Part shown: positions 37,308 through 52,170 of the stretch, piece after piece | Layout of the letters: each line of letters begins with the position of its first letter | Position numbering within the stretch: position 1 is the first letter of the stretch | Assembly: GCA_002269645.1 (NCBI GenBank) | Contig: NIVC01001166.1 | Span: 62,001-126,000 of the forward strand | Origin: Macrostomum lignano | Lineage: Eukaryota | DNA: 64,000 nt | Direction: 5' to 3' | Translations under genes and position numbers: made by a program | The notes under the pieces: model-generated | Databases searched by the model: none | Seen by the model: only the letters and a program-made list of their open reading frames with translations | What the model was told of the DNA's origin: nothing

Positions 37308-38148
37308 TACTCTGCCACTCTGCCACTCTGCCACTCTGCCACTCTGCCACTCTGCCACTCTGCCACTCTGCCACTCTGCCACTCTGCCACTCTGCCACTC
37401 TGCCACTCTGCCACTCTGCCACTCTGCCACTCACTGCCACTCTGCCACTCTGCCACTCACTGCCACTCTGCCACTCTGCCACTCTGCCACTCTGCCACTC
37501 TGCCACTCTGCCACTCTGCCACTCTGCCACTCTGCCACTCTGCCACTCTGCCACTCTGCCACTCTGCCACTCTGCCACTCTGCCACTCACTGCCACTCTG
37601 CCACTCTGCCACTCACTGCCACTCTGCCACTCTGCCACTCTGCCACTCACTGCCACTCTGCCACTCTGCCACTCACTGCCACTCTGCCACTCACTGCCAC
37701 TCTGCCACTCTGCCACTCTGCCACTCACTGCCACTCTGCCACTCTGCCACTCTGCCACTCACTGCCACTCTGCCACTCACTGCCACTCTGCCACTCTGCC
37801 ACTCTGCCACTCTGCCACTCACTGCCACTCTGCCACTCTGCCACTCACTGCCACTCTGCCACTCACTGCCACTCTGCCACTCTGCCACTCACTGCCATTC
37901 TGCCACTCTGCCACTCTGCCACTCTGCCACTCTGCCACTCTGCCACTCTGCCACTCTGCCACTCTGCCACTCTGCCTCTCTGCCACTCTGCCACTCTGCC
38001 ACTCTGCCACTCTGCCACTCTGCCACTCTGCAATTCCATCAATCTACCAATCTACCAGTCTACCAATCTACCAATCTACCAATCTACCAATCTATCAATC
38101 TACCAATCTACCAATCTACCAATCTACCAATCTACCAATCTACCAATA
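37308..38148 (+). repeat. (TGCCACTC)n followed by (AATCTACC)n
   Basis: Direct reading of the sequence. Confidence 0.95.
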
Positions 38149-38784
38149 TGTTACTGTACTAATCTACGAATCTGCCGCTCTGCATTTCCTTGCACTCATT
38201 ACAGTCTAATTGCACACCCGTAGCCTAGCCAGACAGCTAATTTCGCATGCTAATTGCGCATTATTTTCAATTCGCACTCTCAGTGCATTTCAAGCCTGTC
38301 CGTTTCAACAGTGCCACAGGCGGCAGCTGTAAAATTAACATGCCCGCATAAACATGCTGGTTCGGGTGCGAAATCCTTAATTTGAGCATGCGCTCATTAA
38401 TTCAAAACGAAAAACACAAAAATTTCATGCGAACGTCACGTAAATGGCAAATGTGAATATGTGAATTTATTTGCACTAAGTGCTCTACTAGCAGTAAGGA
38501 AGTGACAATTTTAGAGACTTACAATAATATCATTGCAATGTAAGCATAATTCATTACAAAAAACACATTAGCGAAATAGAGACTTCTCACTTCAAAGCAA
38601 AGTCTTTTGCTTTTATTAAGCCTTTTAGAAATCAGCGAAGCCATACAGCAGGCGGCCAAGTCAGGTAAGCCTTTGAATGCTCACCTGACACCGGGACCAG
38701 TTTGATGATTTGCAAAGTCGGAGGTTGTACGTGTAACACCCTAACACCCTCCATGAGTATGACCCAGTACACAACACCCATAAA

Positions 38785-39372
38785 AACCCTGCAAGCGTAA
38801 CACCCTCCATGCATAACACCCTCCATGCATAACACCCTCCATGCATAACACCCTCTATGCATAACACCCTCCATGCATAACACCCTCCATGCATAACACC
38901 CTCTATGCATAACACCCTCCATGCATAACACCCTCCATGAATAATACCCTCCATGCATAACACCCTCCATGAATAATACCCTCCATGCATAACACCCTCT
39001 ATGCATAACACCTTCCATGCATACTGTAATACCCTCCATGCATAACACTCTCCATGCATAACACCCTCCATGCATAACACCCTCCATGCATAACACCCTC
39101 CATGCATAACACCCTCCATGCATAACACCCTCTATGCATAACACCCTCCATGAATAATACCCTCCATGCATAACACCCTCTATGCATAACACCTTCCATG
39201 CATAACACCCTTCATGCATAACACCCTCCATGCATAACACCCTCCATGCATAACACCCTCCATGCATAACACCCTCCATGAATAACACCCTCCATGCATA
39301 ACACTCTCCATGTAAAACAACCTCCATGAATAACACCCTCCATAAATAACACCCTCTATGCATAACAGCCTC
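38785..39372 (+). repeat. 16-bp array (ataacaccctccatgc)
   Basis: Direct reading; reverse complement of the array at 40050-40320. Confidence 0.95.
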
Positions 39373-40049
39373 TAAAAACGTGCAGATTCACAAAGCCCCT
39401 GCTCAGAAAGAGGGATAGTGCAATTACTGAAATTGAAAACAAGATTATTAAACGGGGGACAACGCTTTACAAAGGCATCATCAGGTTTTCAACATCCCTT
39501 CCACCCCAACTCCTCCTCAAGATGAGCGTTCAGCCGATTAAACAAAATTCGAATTGAGATGGAAATTAAAATGCAAAGCAGTGACGCTCGGGATCGGTGA
39601 CTGCAGATGCAGGTTGCCGTACCCTAATGACAAGCCCCAGTCTCCCTGAGGGCGTTCTATTGATGAATGAAGTGCATCAACACCTGACGGACGAACAGCT
39701 ATTACACAAAAAGAAAAGAAAGAACCTTTCTTCTGTCTGTCCACACCTGCGACTTTCAAATCTGCGTGATAAATATGGGCCTATTTTTGAGCAGGCCTTT
39801 CTTTCAGATTTGTTTCGCCACGATTTCCTGATGTTTTTCTGTTATCGCCTTGGCAATTTCCGTGGGCGATAATAGACTGGGGAAGAAGCTTGGGACATTT
39901 CCAGGAAAGAGGGACATACACAAATTCTGGAAATTGAAAGCTGCAAAACATTTTTCCTTGAAATGTCACCGAAGACTAAAAAGGAGACACTCGGTTTCTT
40001 GGCAAATTGAAAGGAGAGGCACTTTCACTAGGGTCTCACCATTGTTCAG

Positions 40050-40325
40050 AGGGTGTTTTGCATGGAGGGTGTTATGCATGGAAGGTGTTATGCATGGAGG
40101 GTGTTATGCATGGAGGGTGTTATGCATGGAGGGTGTTATGCATGGAGGGTGTTATGCATGGAGGGTGTTATGCATGGAGGGTGTTATGCATGGAGGGTGT
40201 TATGCATGGAAGGTGTTATGCATGGAGGGCGTTATGCATGGAGGGTGTTATGCATGGAGGGTGTTATGCATGGAGGGTGTTATGCATGGAGGGTGTTATG
40301 CATGGAGGGTGTTATGCATGTAGGC
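40050..40325 (+). repeat. 16-bp array (gcatggagggtgttat), inverted relative to 38785-39372
   Basis: Direct reading of the sequence. Confidence 0.95.
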
Positions 40326-41372
40326 TGTTATGCACTGACAGTAGCTGGTATGCACTGACAGTAGCTGGTCTGCACTGACAGTAGCTGGTATCCACTGACA
40401 GTAGCTGGTATCCACTGACAGTAGCTGGTATCCACTGACAGTAGCTGGTATGCACTGACAGTAGCTGGTCTGCACTGACAGTAGCTGGTCTGCACTGACA
40501 GTAGCTGGTATGCACTGACAGTAGCTGGTATGCACTGACAGTAGCTGGTCTGCACTGACAGTAGCTGTTATCCACTGACAGTAGCTGGTATGAACTGACA
40601 GTAGCTGTTATGAACTGACAGTAGCTGGTATGCACTGACAGTAGCTGGTCTGCACTGACAGTAGCTGGTATCCACTGACAGTAGCTGGTATGCACTGACA
40701 GTAGCTGGTATCCACTGACAGTAGCTGGTATGCACTGACAGTAGCTGGTATGCACTGACAGTAGCTGGTCTGCACTGACAGTAGCTGTTATCCACTGACA
40801 GTAGCTGGTATGAACTGACAGTAGCTGTTATGAACTGACAGTAGCTGGTATGCACTGACAGTAGCTGGTCTGCACTGACAGTAGCTGGTATCCACTGACA
40901 GTAGCTGGTATGCACTGACAGTAGCTGGTCTGCACTGACAGTAGCTGGTATGCACTGACAGTAGCTGGTATGCACTGACAGTAGCTGGTATGCACTGACA
41001 GTAGCTGGTCTGCACTGACAGTAGCTGTTATGCACTGACAGTAGCTGGTATGCACTGACAGTAGCTGGTATGCACTGACAGTAGCTGGTATGCACTGACA
41101 GTAGCTGGTATGCACTGACAGTAGCTGGTATGCACTGACAGTAGCTGGTATGCACTGACAGTAGCTGGTCTGCACTGACAGTAGCTGGTATGCACTGACA
41201 GTAGCTGGTCTGCACTGACAGTAGCTGGTATGCACTGACAGTAGCTGGTATGCACTGACAGTAGCTGGTATGCACTGACGGTAGCTGGTATGCACTGACA
41301 GTAGCTGGTCTGCACTGACAGTAGCTGGTATGCACTGACAGTAGCTGGTATGCACTGACAGTAGCTGGTATG
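40326..41372 (+). repeat. 20-bp tandem repeat (tatgcactgacagtagctgg), ~52 copies
   Basis: Direct reading of the sequence. Confidence 0.97.
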
Positions 41373-41593
41373 CTGCTCTCATGCAGAGACCCAGATTTGC
41401 ACACGATGCATCAGAAGCTTTAACTTTCAGACAGTGTATTTGCACAGTTAGCGAATATTGCTCGAGGGCTGGACAAGTCAGCCTCACAGCGTCACTCAGA
41501 GGTGTTTCACGCATGCATTCAAATGTACTTTTAATTATTTTTGTCATCAATCTCCGAACTCTGTCATGAGCGTCTCGCCGGGCAGCTCAATGC

Positions 41594-42868
41594 TCAGTTG
41601 GCCGTCTCAGACTCGACTGGAGCTCCGCCTTCGGCGCCTTCAGAGAACTGCGAAGTCACCCCGGCGGTGACCTGGTTGGCGCTGGTCAGCTGGAACATCG
41701 CCAGGGACTCCGGCTGGTCCTGACCGGCCCGGAGCTGCAGGTGCTGCCTGCGCCGACTCTGGCGTTGCTGGTGTCGGCTGAGACGGCGCTGCCGCTGCTG
41801 GATTTCGCGGTCAGCAACGGCGGCGTCCAGGGCGAGGTGCTCGCCGTCGGCAGACTCAACCCACTGGCAGCAGCGGCAGCAACGGCGGCCCAACAGGAGG
41901 GCCCGGAAGTGCCGGCTGTAGCGGGCCAGCACCAGGAAGGTCAGGCAGGAGTCGGCCGGCACCAGCACGAGGCTCCAGTGGCTGACGGATTCCAGCAGGA
42001 CGACCACCGACAGCGCGCGATCTGCCGAGGCGTCGGCGAGGCTCAGCAGGTAGGCGGCGGTGGCAGCGTAGACGGCAGCCAGCGGGAACTGGCAGGCCAC
42101 GAAGGCGGCGCACAGCAGCGCCACGGCCTTGGTGATGCGCCGGGTGGCCGGGTGCAGCAGCCGGCCGGCACGCAGGATGCAGACGGTCTTGACGGTGATG
42201 CCGGTGACGGCCAGGCCAGGCAGAAGGACGCCGACAGCGGAGAACACCGAGTACTTCAGCAGCAGGCTGCGGGCGCCGCGCTGGAACTCCGTCCAGTTGA
42301 AGGCCCGCTCGGACATGAACATTCCCATCGCCGACGAGTTCCAGACGGTCCCGGCGCCGTCTGGCGCCGAATCGGCGCCGTCCATCTCGTCGCCAGAGTC
42401 GGTCTTCTCGAAGCCGACGGCGACGGCAAACAGCGTGACGACTGAGACGGTGACCAGGCTGGCCAGCAACGCCAGCTGGCGCGCCCGGCCGAACCGGCCC
42501 CGGCCGGAAGCTGCCGCGGTGGCAGCGGCCGCCGCGTTGCCTCGCGGACGGACCAGCGCCGCCAGGCGGATGGCGCCGAGCGCCACCAGCCAGTGATTAC
42601 GCGCCATCTGCAGCGCATGAGCCGAGTTCAGCAGCAGCATCGAGGCGGCAGCCCCGACGCCCCGGAGTTCCCAGGCGTGGCTCAGCATGGCGCCAGCCAG
42701 CATCAGGCTGAGCGCCACCTCCAGGCAGCTCAGGCTCAGCATGCCGGAGGTTCGCTGGCGGGGCCGCAACCTGAACAGGGCGCGCAGCAGAATCGAATTG
42801 AGCAGCGCCGACAGTAGCGCCAGACCAGCTGTCAGGCACAGCGTCACTGAAATTTTGGACTGGGCCAT
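41594..42868 (-). CDS. Intronless divergent class A (rhodopsin-like) GPCR, peptide-receptor-like, 424 aa
   Basis: Seven hydrophobic segments: TM1 LLNSILL, TM3 end [12 protein letters not shown] (DRY variant), TM5 [10 protein letters not shown]6 FVACQFP, TM7 DSCLTFLVL followed by RYSRHFR. Confidence 0.8.
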   Translation of the reverse strand: MAQSKISVTLCLTAGLALLSALLNSILLRALFRLRPRQRTSGMLSLSCLEVALSLMLAGAMLSHAWELRGVGAAASMLLLNSAHALQMARNHWLVALGAIRLAALVRPRGNAAAAATAAASGRGRFGRARQLALLASLVTVSVVTLFAVAVGFEKTDSGDEMDGADSAPDGAGTVWNSSAMGMFMSERAFNWTEFQRGARSLLLKYSVFSAVGVLLPGLAVTGITVKTVCILRAGRLLHPATRRITKAVALLCAAFVACQFPLAAVYAATAAYLLSLADASADRALSVVVLLESVSHWSLVLVPADSCLTFLVLARYSRHFRALLLGRRCCRCCQWVESADGEHLALDAAVADREIQQRQRRLSRHQQRQSRRRQHLQLRAGQDQPESLAMFQLTSANQVTAGVTSQFSEGAEGGAPVESETAN

Positions 42869-42882
42869 TGCGGATACCCGTG

Positions 42883-43329
<447 letters not shown>

Positions 43330-43761
43330 GTCTGAGTGTCTAGAATCTGATCACCTGTCTGAGTGTCCGTCTCAGTTTCTAGCTGAACAGACAGTAGTCT
43401 TATATATCAAACTCAGACAGAAATCAAGTTCCGCCTTTTGCCTGGGCCAATGGCGCTAGCAGCTGAGGGCTGAGTTCGCGCGCCATCCCTGCCATCTCTT
43501 CTAGCCGAAGTTAGCTGCTTGCTCACGAATTCGGCCTAATTCCAACTCATATCATGCTCACGGCATTCCCAGCGGCCTTCCCTTTAGCAAAAAATATTTT
43601 GCTTCGTCATGAAATTTTCTGTCCTTACATAGTGAGTGTCAGTCCGTTTTTACGAGTATATGCCACTTTTTTTAGCATTCTCATCCTATTTCTGACTTTT
43701 ACACCCGGATAACCTCTTCCGTTTTTACCAGATCGATTCCATCCCGGAGTATACTAGCTCG

Positions 43762-44612
43762 CAGATCCCATCTCTAAATAATCTCAAATCCCATCTCTAA
43801 ATAATCTCAGGTCCCATCTCTAAATAATCTCGGATCCCATCTCTAAATAATCTCAGATCCCATCTCTAAATAATCTCAGATCCCATCTCTCGATAATCTC
43901 AGATCCCATCTCTCAATAATCGCAGATCCCATCTCTCAATAATCTCAGATCCCATCTCTAAATAATCTCAGATCCCATCTCTCAATAAGCTCAGATCTCA
44001 TCTCTAAATAATTTCGGATCCCATCTCTCAATAAGCTCAGATCTCATCTCTAAATAATCTCAGATCCCATCTCTCAATAATCTCAGATCCCATCTCTCAA
44101 TAATCTCAGATCCCATCTCTAAATAATCTCGGATCCCATCTCTAAATAATCTCGGATCCCATCTCTAAATAATCTCAGATCCCATCTCTAAATAATCTCA
44201 GATCCCATCTCTCGATAATCTCAGATCCCATCTCTCAATAATCGCAGATCCCATCTCTCAATAATCTCAGATCCCATCTCTAAATAATCTCAGATCCCAT
44301 CTCTCAATAAGCTCAGATCTCATCTCTAAATAATTTCGGATCCCATCTCTCAATAAGCTCAGATCTCATCTCTAAATAATCTCAGATCCCATCTCTCAAT
44401 AATCTCAGATCCCATCTCTCAATAATCTCAGATCCCATCTCTAAATAATCTCGGATCCCATCTCTAAATAATCTCAGATCCCATCTCTCGATAATCTCAG
44501 ATCCCATCTCTAAATAATCTCAGATCCCATCTCTCAATAAGCTCAGATCTCATCTCTAAATAATTTCGGATCCCATCTCTCAATAAGCTCAGATCTCATC
44601 TCTAAATAATCC
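43762..44612 (+). repeat. 23-bp tandem repeat (gatcccatctctaaataatctca)
   Basis: Direct reading of the sequence. Confidence 0.95.
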
Positions 44613-45795
44613 TATCTCCCATAGATCCCATGTATAGCCAATCCCAGGTCCCTGTCCTAAAGAACTCAGATCCCACTTCCCAACTAGCCATCAGAATGCT
44701 TCATCTGGTTCACCTGGTTCATCAATTTACTAATTAACGAGTGGATTGAGATTCTGTGTTCTGTGATTGCGTTCTGTGTTAAGTATTCTGAGATTTAATC
44801 CTCATCTCAGGTAAGCCTCCAACTTCACCTACTAATAATCCCATGCTCAATTCTGCAAAAGAGCGGATCACATCGGCAGATGATTTTAGATATTTTTTAT
44901 CTGCTTAGATCAAGGCAGGAGCAAAGGCTGAATCTTGATTATGCAGTTTTTGCATTCAAATTCCTTATTTTGCTCCGAGTTAGCTCGTACAGATTGCAGT
45001 GCAAATCGTCAGCAAATCATTATCAGAGCTGAGAACTGCTGATTAAAACCCTGATTAACTGATTGCAGCAGATGCGCTTGCTGCAATCTGACTACCTCGC
45101 GTGCCGCGTGACTGCTTTGCTTCCCGGCGCATCACGACGCAGTCGCTCGGCTCTCGTAGATCAAAGTGGCGGGGACAACTGAAGACTTTCCTTGTCACGA
45201 TTAATTTTCCTCCTACACCGGAAAAATAGCAAGTTCTCAGCAGACAAACAAACGATAGCAGCTCAACTGACAAATCTCAGGCCAGAGAGAAGACAGACAG
45301 GCTTCTGTTGTAGTTTCGAATTTCGCCCGAGTCGCCAATAATATTTATTCAAACTTTGGCTGTTTATTTGGCAACTGTTGAGCTGTAAAATCACGGCGAC
45401 AATAAAAAAATGATGCCAGAATCGGCGAGTCTGCTCGAGCGGTTTTTTGAGCGCAATTGCTAGCTCAGTAAAACAGTAGAGAGGATTGCTAAAACACTGC
45501 AAGACAGAATCGAAGATGAAGAAGATACTTCTATTTAAAATAACATAAGAAAATGTCTGAGAGCAAACTGTGCCAATTTCACCGAGTACACTACTTGGCA
45601 GTAGCCATGATAGTCGAATGCAGAATCAGAATGATTTTGGTCAGCAATAAAAAGCATAAAAATAATTATAAATAATCTGTGTTACAACATCCGCGAACAA
45701 GCATTAGTAACTTGCCGATAAAATGCGATAAAGTTTTCAATAAAAAATTGATTCACAGCAGCAACTACTACACCTCAATGATACATGAATGTTTA

Positions 45796-46674
45796 TCATT
45801 GCTGGAATGCATAGCCAATAAATGAGGTCGGGGTTGATGGCTGCTGCTGCTGCTGTTGGTAGGCAATTGCTGGCAAGAAGACTGACGAATGATGGTGCAT
45901 TGGGTAGCAGGAGGGCGAGCAAGGACTCAATGGGAGCATGCTGAACATGGCTTGCGGATGTGGCGGAGGCGGCGGCAGGAACTGATGGTGCTGGGGCAGC
46001 TGGGAGGGCACGGGCGACTCGTGTGTGGTCCGCATGTGCAGCTGCTTGACCAGGGGTAGGTCTGGCAGCACAGCGCCGCATTGACAGGCAAACACTGGCG
46101 GCTGGGAGGCGGCAGCTTCGGCCGCGGCTGCGGCGGCGGCGGCTGCGGCTGCTGCGGCCGCGGTGTCTGGCGAGTCCAGAGTCGTGCGTCGTCGTTGCGT
46201 CTTCTGCTTTTGCTGTTGCGGCTGCGGCTGCGGCTGCAGTTGCTGCTGCTGCTGCAGTTGATGCACACGGCTCTGACGCCGCTTTGATCGCTGCCCAACT
46301 GACAATAGTTTAAGTTGGTCGAGCAGCTCTTCAGTCTCTTGAAGATCTGGCACTGGCGCGGGCGGCGGTTGCCTGTGACGCTGTGACTGCTGCTGCAGGG
46401 AATCTGCCGGAGACTCGCTGGTCGGTATGATGGCGGTGGTGCTACCAGACTCTCTGTCCTTGACAATCTTCAGTCCCATTCTACGCACAGCCTCCGCCAC
46501 AGGGTGCTCGGCAGTTTTATGCTCCATCAGCTGCTGGGCACAGCCAAACCAATGATCGCAGTTATAGCAGCGAACGAACGAGCTCCGTCGACGAGGTCGC
46601 GACACTTGCTGTTGCTGAGCCTGCTGAGCCTGCACGGGCGTTGAGGCGTACGGCGAGTTAGGAGTGGAGTCCAT
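45796..46674 (-). CDS. Single-exon Gln/Ala/Pro-rich protein with two zinc-finger-like motifs (292 aa)
   Basis: CYNCDHWFGCAQQLMEHKTAEH fits C2H2. FACQCGAVLPDLPLVKQLHMRTTH is an atypical CxC...H..H motif. CCAAT-like elements lie upstream (~46828, ~46911). Confidence 0.6.
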   Translation of the reverse strand: MDSTPNSPYASTPVQAQQAQQQQVSRPRRRSSFVRCYNCDHWFGCAQQLMEHKTAEHPVAEAVRRMGLKIVKDRESGSTTAIIPTSESPADSLQQQSQRHRQPPPAPVPDLQETEELLDQLKLLSVGQRSKRRQSRVHQLQQQQQLQPQPQPQQQKQKTQRRRTTLDSPDTAAAAAAAAAAAAAAEAAASQPPVFACQCGAVLPDLPLVKQLHMRTTHESPVPSQLPQHHQFLPPPPPHPQAMFSMLPLSPCSPSCYPMHHHSSVFLPAIAYQQQQQQPSTPTSFIGYAFQQ

Positions 46675-47574
46675 CGTGAATCAAGTTTGCTATTGACTTG
46701 ACGGTCGTCAAACACTATCCACTTTGATATCCATTGCAAAGCCTGCCTTATCTGCAGTCAGAGACCGGCACGCCGCGGAGTGGGGTGGGGGTTGAGGGTC
46801 GGGGGAGGGAGGGTCATCTGATTCCCATTGGCTGGCAGACAGTCCAGCGGTAGGGGTTGGTTTGCTCAGTGAAGGCGAGGGCGAGGAGGAATGGCGGGGT
46901 GGGTTTATCGATTGGATTTTCTAACCAGTTTATGTGCAATACCCACAACAACTTTATTGCCTCTCTATTCAGTAGCCAGTAGAGAAAGCGATTTTGAAGT
47001 GTCTGAATAGCTAGCCAACATAACTTTTCTTATCAGAACTAATGTACATTTCAAATAGTAAGGCCCTTAATGTACACTATACAGTTTCAAGGATAGGCTT
47101 GAATGCAGATAAACTAACCAATAGAAAATTGACGCTTATTTCATATAGAACTGAGAATGATACTACTGTCCTGAAGTAGAAAGTAAGAGTGCGTCTAGTG
47201 ACGCGTCCAGATCATTATACTTAACAAATCTAGGATCTACAAACAAAAATTTCTTTTGATAACTAATGTGCAGAATAATCTGTATGCCGTTAATGTTGTA
47301 TTTTCTTGTGACTGAAAAATGACGCATATCCGAAAAATATAGAACAGAATGTTGCAAACTAAAGCTTGAAGCCTTTGAGAACGAAAAAACAAGAAATGTC
47401 CATAATGGTACAGAAAGCTTCAAATGGCGACTTCTTCAGCAGAAAACAACCTAAAATGAGGAGGATGAGGGGTGGGTTACCACAAGTACTAGTCTTGTAA
47501 TGAATTCCAGGTTCAAGAAATTCTGCTATCCACACGTTATGCGACACTTTTACACTTCTACCTACATTTACACC

Positions 47575-48025
47575 GACATTTCTGCTGACATTTCCACCGA
47601 CATTTCTGCCGACATTTCTGCCGACATTTCTGCCGACATTTCTGCCGACATTTCTGCCGACATTTCTGCCGACATTTCTGCCGACATTTCTGCCGACATT
47701 TCTGCCGACATTTCTGCCGACATTTCTGCCGACATTTCTGCCGACATTTCTGCTGACATTTCTGCCGACATTTCTGCCGACATTTCTGCCGACATTTCTG
47801 CCGACATTTCTGCCGACATTTCTGCCGACATTTCTGCCGACATTTCTGCCGACATTTCTGCCGACATTTCTGCCGACATTTCTGCCGACATTTCTGCCGA
47901 CATTTCTGCCGACATTTCTGCCGACATTTCTGCCGACATTTCTGCCGACATTTCTGCCGACATTTCTGCCGACATTTCTGCCGACATTTCTGCCGACATT
48001 TCTGCCGACATTTCTGCCGACATTC
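47575..48025 (+). repeat. 12-bp tandem repeat (gccgacatttct)
   Basis: Direct reading of the sequence. Confidence 0.97.
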
Positions 48026-48074
48026 CTACCAAAACTTCTACTGACACAAAACTACGAATTTCACTGTACCCAAG

Positions 48075-51250
<3,176 letters not shown>

Positions 51251-51494
51251 GATGCTTGGGTTTCAAAACAAATATTCAGTTTAAGCCGTCGGTTCCTTAG
51301 CAGGCATGCATTTGATGCCAGTTCTTTCTCTTGCAGGTATTTCCCTTTCAACTTGTCCCTGGTTGCCATAGATTAGTAATGTTTGAATTTATTTTTAGCC
51401 CTTTAAACTGATTGAAAATCAACGCCCCAGAAGCTGTAATCAACTACTGGAAGGCCATTGAAAACTACTACATCAGCGACACGAAAACCCATGA

Positions 51495-51988
51495 TACTCC
51501 TGACAGTCCTGACACTTCTGACATTCCTGACACTCCTGACACTCCCCATACTCCTGACAGTCCTGACAGTCCTGACACTCCTGACACTCCTGACACTCCT
51601 GACACTCCTGACACTCCCGATACTCCTGACAGTCCTGACACTCCTGACACTCCTGACACTCCTGACACTCCTGACACTCCTGACACTCCTGACACTCCTG
51701 ACACTCCTGACACTCCTGACACTCCTGACACTCCTGACACTCCTGACACTCCTGACACTCCTGACACTCCTGACACTCCTGACACTCCTGACACTCCTGA
51801 CACTCCTGACACTCCTGACACTCCTGACACTCCTGACACTCCTGACACTCCCCATACTCCTGACAGTCCTGACACTCCTGACAGTCCTGACACTCCTGAC
51901 AGTCCTGATACTCCTGACACTCCTGACACTCCTGACACTCCTGACACTCCTGACACTCCTGACACTCCTGACACTCCTGACACTCCTG
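51495..51988 (+). repeat. 9-bp tandem repeat (actcctgac)
   Basis: Direct reading of the sequence. Confidence 0.95.
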
Positions 51989-52170
51989 GCAATCCAAGGT
52001 CACTACTGGCACACTTTTCAACTTTGCATTCAACAGAAAAGTGAAAAAACAAGCTACACATTAGTACAGTAGTAGCCACTACAAAACGCAGCTGAAAGCG
52101 TTGTAATATTTCGTTAATAAGAGCTAGACTATTTAACACACTGGAAGGTAAAAAGTCTCAGGTCACTCGC

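Noticed and set aside
39655-39695. Box C/D-like TGATGA...CTGA in the core between the inverted arrays
   Set aside because: Too short and without a terminal stem; such motifs occur by chance.
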